Assembly: GCA_018398765.1 (NCBI GenBank)
Contig: JAHBMJ010000455.1
Coordinates: forward strand, 62,001 to 126,000
Length of the DNA: 64,000 bases
Reading direction: 5' to 3'
Source of the DNA: Chromera velia
Lineage: Eukaryota
Below the pieces are notes generated by a model. That model saw only the letters and a program-made list of their open reading frames with translations. It made no database searches and had not been told where the DNA came from. Shown piece by piece: positions 25,101 through 36,671 of the stretch. The position numbers and the translations under genes are program-made. Within the stretch, counting starts at the first letter, position 1, and the number at the start of each line of letters is the position of its first letter.

Positions 25101-27667
25101 TTGCCGGGCAGTAGGGCGACTTCACCCTATACGATGATCCTGGTGATTCATTGGTCCTTCCTCCCAGGTAGCTGGGCATTAACGGAGCCTTGGCCTCTCA
25201 AAGCCATTAACGGAGGCTCGAGTCGCTCGACGTAGCCATTTACGGAGGCTCTAAGTCGTGTTCACCCCTCTCACACGGCCATTAACATTCCGCGTTTCAC
25301 TCCCTTCTTGCATGCGGCAATTAACGTCCGCATTTCATTCTCCCTTCTTGTGGCCATTGATGTCTGCGTTTCCCCCCCCCCTTCTCCCCCTCTTTTTCCC
25401 CCCCTTCTGGCACACCGGCTCTATCCGTGCGGTACGCCACGCCCCTTTGGTTCCCCCCCGGTATACCGGTTCTCATCGGCTCTCTTCCCCTTATTCGCTT
25501 CCCCCATTAGGCCCCCCCCTATTCTTATTCATACTTGGGACACCCGGCTTCTTTTTCATACAACTCTTTTCCGCTCTTTCCCTCCATTTCCTCTGTTCGT
25601 CTCCCTGACATGCATCGGGCACACAGACGTTGCTATAATCTTATCTCTCAACAAACGCTTTCACGCTATCTCACCTTCATCCATAGATAGCAGTCACTCT
25701 CAGTCACACCAATATATATGCTTCCACAAACTGTCTCACTGAAACCAAAAAGATGTGTCTTCGATCATGCTGCCCGACCTACCAAAATTGCTGGATGACC
25801 AGTCCAACGAGCAAAGGCAGACAGTTGGTGTTTGCAAGCCGCACAGGCTGGTCAGACCCGGGCAAACAAATAAGCGACCACAGCAAAGCAAGCGAAGGGG
25901 ATCAGTCTCCTCTTGCACTGAAGACGAAAGACAAAACAGCCAGTCGACACATACAGAAACAAAGAAACCAACTGCCCATTTCTCTCCAATCAGCTTGTTG
26001 TCGGCAAGCCTGATCGTCTCCAAGTTCTCCTTCAGTCTTCATGGGAAAGGATTATTTTTACCTCCTCCAGTCTCTCCCGACTCCACAACAATTTCCGTCT
26101 CCAGCTTTTTCCTCAGGAACCGAGAAAGAAAAGTTCCCACCAGACTAGAAGAGCAAGAGGAAAGAGCTCTAGTCAGCTGACACGGGATACAAGGGGTCTC
26201 TGACACCCTCTTTCACAGTCTTCTGACTGTCCCCGCAGCGGTTAAAAAAAAGAGAGACGTATAGACGCAGATTCTCTTCCCGAACGAAGACAAAAGAAAA
26301 TGAGGCGACAACTGAATCCAGAACAGAAGGAAGTAGTCACCTCTCGCTGAAGCCGTCACCACATGTAACACCTTCCCGCTGCTTTGGAGGTAGCAGTATA
26401 GGACAGATGGAGAGCTAGACCCAGAGACGTAGCCTAGATAGAGAGATGGATCTCCAAACTCTACAGACTCTAGCTTAGTCTGAAGGTCTCAGTCAGCTAA
26501 AGGATTGGATACAGATAGATCCTTAGCCCTTCATAGAGTCAAAAGGATTCAGGCTTGACTTCTGCTAGCTTGCTGAGAGATGACAGACTTACGACCGGAT
26601 AAATGGAACGAACGATCTCAGCGAGACGGCTTAGCCGCTCGCAGCTGCTCAGACAAACTCTCTAAAGACCGGTCCCCATGCAAACGCAAAGACAAGCTTT
26701 CCGGGGCCAGACAGACATGCAGAACGCGGCGGCGGGCGATCGAAGCAAAGGCGGCGTGCATACGAAAAGGACCAGGAGGCGGCGGTGGGACGGCGGCACC
26801 GGGAGGTAAGACACTACACAATGAACAACCGAATCAGAGACATCGGTTGCTTTAGTACAACCAAGTCTTAGATAGAAGAGAAGGATAAGATGGAAAGTCA
26901 TACAGTTCTGAAAAACGAACGCAGAGGATCAAAGAGGATGAACAGTAGGCTCAGACACTGTAAAAACTGTGTGTTATAGCTGTTTTTACCTCATTGCTTG
27001 CACTTCAAGCCTCCGAGTCGCCTTTTTTTTGAAAACTAGCTTATATGCAAGCTTTTTCTGTAGAATCAAATGAATCAATCATAAAATTCAGAGAACCGTT
27101 TCATTTTTTTAGAATAGATGTATGACAGTCTAAGATCATGAATTAAGGGCTTGATTCAAAAGTGAGGGTAAACATGTATACACCATGACGCTTGCACGTT
27201 TTTTTTACCGCTTTGCCGGGGCCTTTGGTCCAAACTACCATTGCTAGTATCGTTACTTGACGCCGGGGTCTAGGACCTCCCTGGTTACCGCTCATAAGTT
27301 AGCAATTTGAAATCTATGGTCACTATCATGGAATCACTTGACCCCCCCGGTAGTTCTCCCTAATGATACTGTGTAAGTACGTCTATAGGGGCTAGTATGT
27401 GTGCTTTCCTTGGAAGCTAGCTTAGAACTAGGCCTGGCCTGCACTAATAAATTTAAAAAAAAAAATGGGAGGCTTTTTTTTTTTGGAATTTTACAAAACT
27501 AAAGCACTTCAGCTAGGTTAAACTTTTTAGAGGTCTGCAGAGGTTATCAATATAAAAAGCTAGATAAAAAGTAGAATGGGTTAAGATTTATATCTAATGA
27601 ACTGAGATGACACGAGGAGATTGATGTGGATAGACGGATAGATGGAGTTATGGAGAGTGAGTAAGGA

Positions 27668-28296
27668 CTAGGCGACGCACAGTAGTAAAAAAAAAAAAAA
27701 TCTGAAAACATCTATTCTTTTTTTCTTTTTATTTAAAATTTTATTGTATATATATAACAAAATAAAGGTTAAATGCCTAGCTTCAACTAGAGTTTGAATC
27801 ATATCTAGGATCCCAGTTTCACTTTTAGCTTGGTAGACGCTTAAAAGGATTGACCAAAACTAGCTTGGACTAGAGCTTCGAAATGTATATCGTCCTAGAT
27901 ATCATCAAAGAGTCAGTCAAAGAACTTCTCCTCTGTATGCTCTTCTGTCTGCATCCATGCATCCATCCTTCTTGTCACTCTTTGCATAGGACAAAAGAGA
28001 GCCCCCTTTTCCCTTCACCCGCCCGCTCGCCTTCATCCCTGTAATCCCCTTTTGGTAGAGACAAACATACAATAACAACTAGGACTAGAAGTAGGGTTGA
28101 AACTAGGGTTGAAAGATGTTTAAAACTTTGAGTTGAGTAATAAGTTCGCGAGGAAGTTAGTTTAAAAATACTTCTAAAAGGTGCTCCTCTAGGTGCTCCT
28201 AGAGGTGCTCTAGGAAATCCTTCATAGAAAAAAAGAAAAAAAAAAAATCTGGAAAGGTCTATTTTTTTTTTTTTTTAACCACTGTGCGTCGCCTAA
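27668..28296. mobile_element. CTAGGCG-type MITE
   Basis: TIR CTAGGCGACGCACAGT-polyA / polyT-ACTGTGCGTCGCCTA(A). TSD AGTAAGGA / AGCAAGGA (7/8 match). Confidence 0.8.
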
Positions 28297-28781
28297 AGCA
28301 AGGATAGATATCATTGAGTGGATAGAGTTTTACATTCTCAACTTTTTTTTGTTCTCTCCATTCGATGCATGACCCGGCCTCACTAGGACTCTCATTGTTT
28401 CACTTTGAACAGTCGCGTCTCGTTTCGTCCCTTTTTGTCCCTTTTTCTGCTTTCTTCTCTTTTTTTTAAGTTTCCACTGCCTTCTTTTCGTTTCAAGGCA
28501 GGCAGCAGGCCCTAGCGTAGGCCCCAGTGCAATTAAGCCGCCGCCGCTGCTGTACTGGCATGCAGGAGGGAATGGTCTTTTCAGACAGTAGGGGGCAAGC
28601 CTAGGGGCAAGTGGGTAGCCTAGCGGGCAGTAAGCGCCAGTGTAAGCTACACTGGTAGGAAGATAGTTCCGTTCTGATAATTGAAGTGGCACATATATCT
28701 TTTGACAGTGATGATCTTCTCGCTGCTCTTCCTAGTACTCTTCTCGTCTTAAAGAGAGTGAATTCAATCTAATGTACATAG

Positions 28782-29755
28782 CCCTATTAAATTGGGGTAT
28801 AAATGGGGGAAATGAGACCCCATTTCACCCAAATTTCCGAAAATGGGCCAATATTTTTTTGGGGGATAATTACATCATATGAAGCTCAAATTAGGCTCAT
28901 AAAAACCGTCTAACGTTATTCTACTCATTTTAAACATTTTTAAAGCCATTCATGATATTTTTCACATAAAAAGGATAAATGGAGGAACTGGGGTAAAATG
29001 GGATTAAAATGGGGTAACCTAATTTCTGATACCCCATTTTATCCCATTTCTACTCCATTTTACCCCATTTCCCCAAATGAACCAATATTTTTAAGGGGGT
29101 TAATTGTGTCATAATTATTATGAAGCTTAAATTAGGCTTACAAAAACTGTCTAACGTTGTTCTGCCCATTTCAAATGCTTTGAAAGTCATTCACTATTTT
29201 TTTCATATATATAAAAAAACATTCTTCCCCATTTCACCCCAATTTACCGCAGAAATTACATAAGAAATTTTACTCTGGAATTGGGGCCTCCATTTCATCC
29301 AAAGCGACGCACAGTGATAAAAAAAAGAAAAAAAAATCTCAAGAAGCCTAATCTTTTTTTTTATTTTTATTTTATTGGAAGTACCAAACATATAATAAAA
29401 ACACATCTATAACAGTTACTACAAAATCTACCTTTGCTAAGTTTACTTGGACCTTTGACTACCAGACTAAAAAAAAAATCTCGACATCTTTATTCTTTTT
29501 TTTTTTACCACTGTGCGTCGCCTAGATTTCACCCCAATTTCCAATTATGTTTATATAGTTTATGAAAAAGCTGTCATATAATGTTTTAAATTACCTAATT
29601 AGATTTTAAAAGCCCCCAACTTCTAGAAACACACCTTATTTTAACTAGATAACATGTTTTGATCAGTTAAAAAATATTTCCCGTTTTGTGGAAATGGGGT
29701 GAAATGGGCCCCAATTTGCCTCCATTTACCCCATTTATATCCCAATTTCATAGGG
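28782..29755. mobile_element. CCCTAT-terminated TIR element with AAATGGGG subterminal repeats, hosting a MITE
   Basis: CCCTATTAAATTGGGGTATAAATGGGG at the left and CCCCATTTATATCCCAATTTCATAGGG at the right. Many CCCCATTT/AAATGGGG motifs inside. TSD unclear. Confidence 0.65.
29300..29525. mobile_element. Short CTAGGCG-type MITE nested in 28782-29755
   Basis: Degenerate left TIR CAAAGCGACGCACAGTG and right TIR CACTGTGCGTCGCCTAG. TSD ATTTCATC / ATTTCACC. Confidence 0.75.
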
Positions 29756-30374
29756 AAGACACTCAAGACAGTGTTGTGTCAGGTCACATCATGTCTGTAT
29801 GATAATTGCGGATAATTATTACTTTGCTTCCTATAGTTTGCTTCTTTATTTCGACCAATCGTTCTAGTAATCATTCTACAAGACTAGACTGATATAAATT
29901 TAAAGTTCCTTTTGATTTTATTCTAAAATTAATTCTAATTTTCTTTTTTTTTAAAAAAAAAAAATGAGGTCCTGATTTTTTGGGGGGGAATTTTTTAGTG
30001 TGAAGCCTATAGGCTTAGAAGCTACATGTCGGATATTCCGATACATTTAGCCTTATACGGTGGGCCGGGATTCTAACTCTAGTTCTAACTTGAATCATCC
30101 GGACACATCCGGACATAGATCTTAATTTTACGCCGCTACCCGCTAGATGTACCTCAATCTACATTGTCTATATAAGAGTTACGGTCACTAGTACCGTCAG
30201 TTACGGTTATATGGAGTATGCATATTAACTATAGAGTTACAGTAACCTAGGCGGTAAAAAATTTTAATCAATGAAGCTGTTATGGTATTTACCTAGCCTG
30301 AGGTGTTTACTAAACGTCTAGCTAAACGTATTATTAAACTTGATGATTAAAGCTAGCATCAAAGTTGTAAAACA

Positions 30375-30866
30375 TATACAAAGTCAGACTAAGATGACAT
30401 TTCAACTAGCATTTCAAGTCATATTATTTCTAGGCGCTGCACATAGAAAAAAAAAAAGAAAAAAAAAGTTAGGATTCATAGTGACAAAATTTAATTTCAA
30501 TAATAGGATTTGATTTGATTTAATTTGATTTGATTTGAGCTTCAAGCTCAAATCTGACCAGATTTGAGGTAGATTTGAAGTTGAAGTGTAGAGGTCACTC
30601 TCGACAGTACTGAAGCTGACATAACACAGTCGACACCACTAGCAAATCTTAGAAAGCCCTAGAGATAAGAAAATCACTAAAAACTAGACTAAAAGCTCAA
30701 TTAAGACTCTCAAAATTATAATGAACTATTGTTAAAGCTAAGAGCTTACATAAGTTAAGAGCTTACAATTATATTACTCCCTCTTTCTGCAGACCATACT
30801 TTCTTTACATAGCCGGCAGTATATACTAATGCGGCCTTCTTGTTGTTATGACCTGTGAGATTGTTT
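30375..30866 (+). repeat. Left copy of the ~490-bp direct repeat flanking the LINE
   Basis: Colinear with 36617-37102, from AAGT(C/T)AGACTAAGATGAC to ACCTGTGAGATTGTTT. Confidence 0.9.
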
Positions 30867-33259
30867 AACCGTAAAGAAGCCGAGTACTCAAACTGGCAGG
30901 CAGAAAGGCTAGTAAGGGAGGTGGTATCCAACCCTTCGGCGATTTGGTATTAGAAGAGGGAAAGGGGCAGTGCGAAAGGCGGGGGAGACAGACCGACTCC
31001 CGAGGCTTTTACCGATTTCTGGGCCTCTGTTTTTGAGGGTGAAGGGCTCTCTCCTCTTCCAGTTGCATCCAGTTGCCTCCCCTGCTTCCCCTCTCCCTTC
31101 CCCACCTCCTCCTCCGGCCTTCTCTTATAAAAGGATTATTGGTGCCCTCCGATCGATCAATATGAGTAAGACAAACGGAATTGGGGGCGTTTCCCCTAGG
31201 CATCTCGACCTATGTTTCAACTTCTCTCCCCTTTCTCGTTTCCTTCTTTTTGTCTTCTTTAATTTATTTCATCGTTGTTCTTATTGACCGTCTCTTTAAA
31301 ATTTGATTTGTGTAGTTCTGGTACTGAAAGGCCCCCCCTCTCCTGACTGTTCAGAATGCGTCGGAATGGAGACCCATATATATCATGTATTTGCTTGCAA
31401 AGCTGTTTGCCCTAGCTTCTGATGGACGAAAGACTAAGAGAATGGACTACGTTGGACAACGAACAACTGGGGTTTCGGAAAGGAGTAGGAACTAGCTAGA
31501 GGGACTAGGGAGGCTATCGCTGCCCTGGCGGGACTTGTAGCGAGCTTGAAAGCCCGGAAACGTCCCCTTTTGGCTGTTTTTATCGATTTTTCAAAGGCTT
31601 TTGACAAGGTCCCTCGGGGTCTGTTGTTGAGACGGCTTCGGGAGGAGGGGGTGTCGGAATGTGACGTCTTGATGGTGCATGCCATGTATGTCAATGTCTG
31701 GGCAAGAGTTGATGGAGCAGATAGGGAGATACCAGAGGGGGCGGGGGTAAAACAGGGCGATCCTCTCTCTTCCCTACTCTTCTTTTTGTTCATAAATAAC
31801 GTGTACCGCTACATTAGCTCCTCGGCTGACCAAGAGAACGGGTACGGAGGGGAAGAGGAAGAGAAGGATAGGATAGTGAATGATGAGAGCCCAATAGAAA
31901 GCCAAATACAAGATAACCCTTAGGCAGGTAGATTGAGAGGGGCAAGCAGTGGAAAAGGGAATGAGAAGACCGATTCGGAAGCGGGGGGGGAGAGAAAAAG
32001 AGGGAAAGATTGGGTTAGTCTGGACGACACGATCAGTTTGGGGTCTCAGCCTCTCGAAAGCATCGGTTACGCTGACGATCTTGTTCTGTTTAGTCGTTTT
32101 TCATGGGAGTTTCAATCGAAAATAAATAAATTGGGTGAATACTGTTGGACATGGGGCCTCACGGTCAATCTGAAAAAGACTAAAGTGATGAGGCTTTCTA
32201 ACAATGAAGAGAACATTAGAGAGCTGATCTTCTTTAAGGGAAAGGAAGTAGAGCGAACTGATCAGTACAAATATTTAGGCTGTACTTTCTTTGAAGGCGG
32301 CTCTCTCCATCCCTCTGTGAGACATCGGCTGGGGGTGGTAGAGAGGGCGCTGGAATGGGTCATAGGGCTCTGTGCTTCCCTTGGTCCTCTCTTCTCTGCC
32401 TCCAAAATTATGCTCTTTCGAGGCCTATGGATTCCTGTGGCCCTTTATGGGCTTGAAGCGTTTTCCCTCAGTCAAGCAAACATGAAGGCGCTGGACGATC
32501 TGCAATTACGTTTTGTTCGATGGGTTTTCGGCCTCTTCCGCAATTTGTTTCGTGTCCCCTCCCTTTTTATCTCTAGCCTTTGCCTGATACGGGCTCTCTT
32601 GACAGAAAGAGTGGGGGGATTTTTATGCAGCCTCTCCTTAACATCTCACTGTATGCCAGCCAGATTTTTAGATCTTTGCAAGGATGGCTTTTACGGAGAA
32701 TGGTGGAGGTCTGTTAAGCTGTTGGTGGGACCTTTTACTCTTGAATTCTTCTCTAATGCGGGGATGCACTCGGACCCAGGTGAGAAAGCAGCAATAAGAA
32801 CATTAAGAAGAAAGCTTGCGGTCGAAGGGAGAGGTAGGGAGGCACAAGAATGGTTGGAAGACTGGTTTGTCACAACCTCCTGTTCTCTGCAGAAAAAGGG
32901 CTGACAGGGTAAGGGAGGGCAGGCAGGACGGGGAGGTGTTTCCCCAACCATAGTTAGGATAGGATAGTACATTATACTATCGTTTGGTACAATAGTCCTA
33001 GAGTCAAAGCAACCACTATACACTGGAATTTTTTTTTTAAAAAAGTTCTAGAGAGCCTATAGCAAATAAATAACCATAGAAATTAAGATGATGATTTATA
33101 CAAAAGAACATATTCAAAATTATTTACATAGCTTCATGTATGAGTGACCTTTGTGAGGCTATTATTCAGGAGGCCTGTTAATCAATCAATCAATCAATTA
33201 ATCAACTAATCGATCAGTCAGTCAGTCAGTCAGAGCCCTCTAGAGGGCAGGTCAGACGG

Positions 33260-34720
33260 CATGATGACACCGCCTCCAGTCCCTCTTTTAGCAGTGCCAC
33301 CTCTGAAAACAATACTGAGTATAATGATATCTGGCACACCGTTGCATAGAGGCAGACACATAGCCATAGACAGAACACATCTTCTCATCCGCATTAATAA
33401 GAAGACAGGGCCCCGCCGCCAACTCGATGAGGACAGGCCCGATGGGGACGTGCACGTCTAGGGAGCGCTTCATCCTCCTGAGGAAGGGGGCCTTGAAGCC
33501 CTTTGGCGCATGAGCTTGGAAAGAAGGGACCCAGACGTACCAACAACGTCTAGTCCCCGAAGCATGCCAGGAGTTGCCATTGACAACAACTCCCACATCA
33601 CGCAGTCGATTTACACAAAGCCGAGCTCCTCCAATATCTCAAGAGGAAAAGGAAACTGTCTGAGTTTCCCAAGAAGCTCAAGAAGCTGATGAATGTCTCT
33701 CCGGATATCGACTCTACGGTTTGCCCTGTTCAGATAGACAAACTACTATGAGAGATGCCCTGCATACACTAGCGTAATCTGGGTAAATGCTATTAAAATA
33801 CTAGGTATTTATTTTTTATAAAAAAAAAATATTAGGCATTATTTTAGCAAACTAAAAAAAATGCTATAGAATTTTCTTAGTATGTCTCATAGTAACATCT
33901 ACGATAATACATGGTATAACAATAGAAAATACAATTGTTTTAAAGTAAATTTAAACTGATTTTTTAGAGTGATATAAGCTTGATTAAATAAATATATAGA
34001 TAGATGCTAACTTCTGGAAAGTTCATGACAAGATTGTTGTCTGATTGATGTCTTAAGTCATGCATACCCATATATCTCTGCATTATAAGTCAAATTACTT
34101 CTATTGTTGAAAGAATGAATTGCTGAAACAATACTAATCTTGATGCTATAAAAATGCTAGGCATTTTTTATTTTTACTATAGTGTATGCCCTAACATGAT
34201 TTCAGAAACACTAAACACCTACAGTGTAACATGCCCTAACTACCCTAGTGTTTCCCTAGTAAATTCTATTTAAATGTAAGTGCAATTTTAGTATTTACCT
34301 AGTAGTTTGTCTGTCCAAACAGGGCAAAGCGTGTCCCTATTATGGTGGGAGCTAGAAGCCGTCATCAAGGTCGCCCCCGTTAACGCCAAACTGGCCTAGA
34401 AGGTCTTTTCCCAGTCGAACTTGTCTGGATCTGCAGAGCGGGCGTGGTCCGCGTATAATCATATTTACAGGGAGAAGCGAAACCACCTTTTGCAAACGCA
34501 CCAGGATATTGAGGTGAACCTGTACCACAACCTCCGTCTCCAGCATCTACACCAAAAGCAGGCAGTGGTCCCGTTGTCAGAGACCAGAATCCATGCAGTG
34601 GAGACTTTGGGTCTCCCTGTGTTGGAGGACGGCTACATCTTCGACGAGAATTTGGAGGGAGACCTCTTAGAAGAGCACCTCAAAGAGTTTAGCCTTTGTT
34701 TAAATAAGGTCTCGATCTGA
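33260..34720 (+). pseudogene. hAT transposase C-terminal (dimerisation domain) remnant
   Basis: After removing 33715-34335 the frame reads ELLQYLKRK...PDIDSLLWWELE...LA*KVFSQSNLSGSAERAWSAYNHIYREKRNHL, the hATC signature (WW...SxxERxWS...KRNxL). Confidence 0.85.
33715..34333. mobile_element. CACGG-terminated DNA transposon, short copy of the 16646-17844 family
   Basis: TIR (T)ACGGTTTGCCCTGTT...AACAGGGCAAAGCGTG. 2-bp TSD TC. Both arms are homologous to 16646-16960 and 17545-17844. Confidence 0.85.
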
Positions 34721-36671
34721 AGAGAGAGGGAAAGGGGGGNNNNNNNNNNNNNNNNNNNNNNNNNNNNNNNNNNNNNNNNNNNNNNNNNNNNNNNNNNNNN
34801 NNNNNNNNNNNNNNNNNNNNNNNNNNNNNNNNNNNNNNNNNNNNNNNNNNNNNNNNNNNNNNNNNNGGGGGGGGGGGGTGTTTGAATCGCTTGAGATCCG
34901 ACCTGTGTGCTTGCTCCCTGCCGCTGTCTGCCAGCCTGTCTAGGGGGTAAAGCACTGTACGAATGGTTTAGGAACTTTAAAAGATTTACACACATTACAG
35001 AGGATTCTAATAATGTTAAATTAGGTCTAAATAGTGTTAAAACCTAGCAGAACACTCATAGGAATGCCTAGGAAGCCTAATAATTTTTTTTTTTTTTTAT
35101 AGTACAGATAGGATAGTACATTGTACTATCGGAGTTAATGAAAAGGATTTGAATACAGTAGAATTCCATTGTAGTACAGTGTACTATCCGAACTGTGTCC
35201 CCAACAGAGTGAGGCCTTCGGTTTTCTAAATTGAACATCCGTCTAGACAGCGCTTGGCCCGTCTTGTCATGGGAGGATAGACCGGCTCAAGCGGGCAGCG
35301 AGTTCCTATGGTTCGACATCTCCCTAAGAGGCTGCTCTGTTTGGAGGCCAACGTTGGGCCGATTGCCGGTGCACTGCTGAGGGGTGGGAGGGGAGTTTCG
35401 AACGGGGAGGTAGAGTCTGTTTACAAGCACTGCCCTCTTGATATATATGGACGGGGTAAATTAAATGATGTTGTTCACAAGCTGACAGAATGCAAAGGGA
35501 CGGAAATGCAAAGAGGACGCATTGATAGGCTTTTGAAGGAAGTAAGAGACGCACGCTCTGAGTCAGACTTGATCGTGTGGGCACAACAGATGGCAAAGCA
35601 ACAGTTAAGATGGGTGGTGTGCAAGAACGAAAAGAAAGTAAGAGAAATTTTCACACTCCTTCTCGAGAAACACCCTATTGCCGGCGCACGGGCAATTTCA
35701 GCTTACCTTCGTAAACGGTAAAGTCTTAATCCGATTGCTTCCAGATGGTTGTTTCGTGCTTTTTTCCATTTGAGTGTATGGGGCGGGTTCAGAGCTAGAA
35801 TGTAACAGAGAGAGAAACGTGAAACGCGTGGAGGGAGGCGTGCTCGAGCCTAGGCTTAAGCTCGCGTAGGCGTAGGGGGGCGGGGCGCTCGAATCCATAA
35901 GGCGTGGATACAGCTTTTTTGGGTGGGTTCCTAGGCGGGTTCTCTGTTTTTCTCTTTCTCATCTTCTTTTTATCTCTTCTCTTTTCTTTCTCTTTCTTTT
36001 TCCTGTCCGGTTTTTTACTCATAATTTTTCGAAAATAGATCGTGCCCTACGGAATTGACCTCTGGTCTTACTGAAGGACAGGAGAGACTGATACGACTAC
36101 CGTAGGTACTGTACTCCAGTCAGTTTAGTCAGCCCCACGGAAGCGAAGTCACTGTGCCTGTGTCTTGTCTGATTCTCGTTTGATCTTGTATGTATTCCTT
36201 CTTTGCTGCTGACTGTCCACTATGTTCAACAGCCGAGCCCGTCCTCAGGAGTCGGTATCCAGGGAAGTGTTCCGTAGGGTTCCTACCCTGTAGACTGTAC
36301 TCCTTACCATTTCTCAGTCTGACATGAACGCGTTCTTTTACTTCTCTTTTTCGGTCTCCCTTTCTGGTTTTATCTTCCCTCTCAGTCGTTCCCCTGCCAC
36401 TGCAAGTCTGTTCTGATGCAAGTGGTTTTTAACCCTGGTTGCTTGAGGGTGGAGTTACCCTCTGTTTCTATTTCCATTTCCGCCTAAGATAGGCTTTGAT
36501 CCATGCAAATGCCCCAGTGGGGCCTAGGTCGAGGGATCAAATCTATGCAGGAAATACTAGGTTGGCCAGAGCCTATATAGCTCACCGGCTGTAACCTCAT
36601 ACATCATCATCATAATCATATGAAGTTAGACTAAGATGACATTTCAACTAGCATTTCAAGTCATATTATTT

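Larger units (their letters stand above)
32949..35197 (+). mobile_element. hAT DNA transposon with a transposase remnant, inserted in the LINE
   Basis: TIR CA(T/C)AGTT(A/C)GGATAG...TAC. Perfect 8-bp TSD TCCCCAAC (32941-32948, 35198-35205). Contains the assembly gap 34740-34866. Confidence 0.9.
30867..36616 (+). mobile_element. 5'-truncated, decayed non-LTR retrotransposon (LINE, RTE/L2/CR1-like), interrupted by a hAT element
   Basis: RT motifs QLGFRK, VFIDFSKAFDKV, GVKQGDPLSSLLF, YADDLVL, LTVNLKKTKVM and YKYLG at about 31465-32280, with premature stops. ORF2 resumes after 35205 (RQRLARLVMG...HCPLD...DVVHKLTEC, a degenerate zinc knuckle) and ends at 35721. (CAT)n tail at about 36598-36620. 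Confidence 0.85.

Noticed and set aside
34740..34866. N runs flanked by G tracts (also 55929-55941 and 12889)
   Set aside because: Assembly gaps at homopolymers, not biological features.
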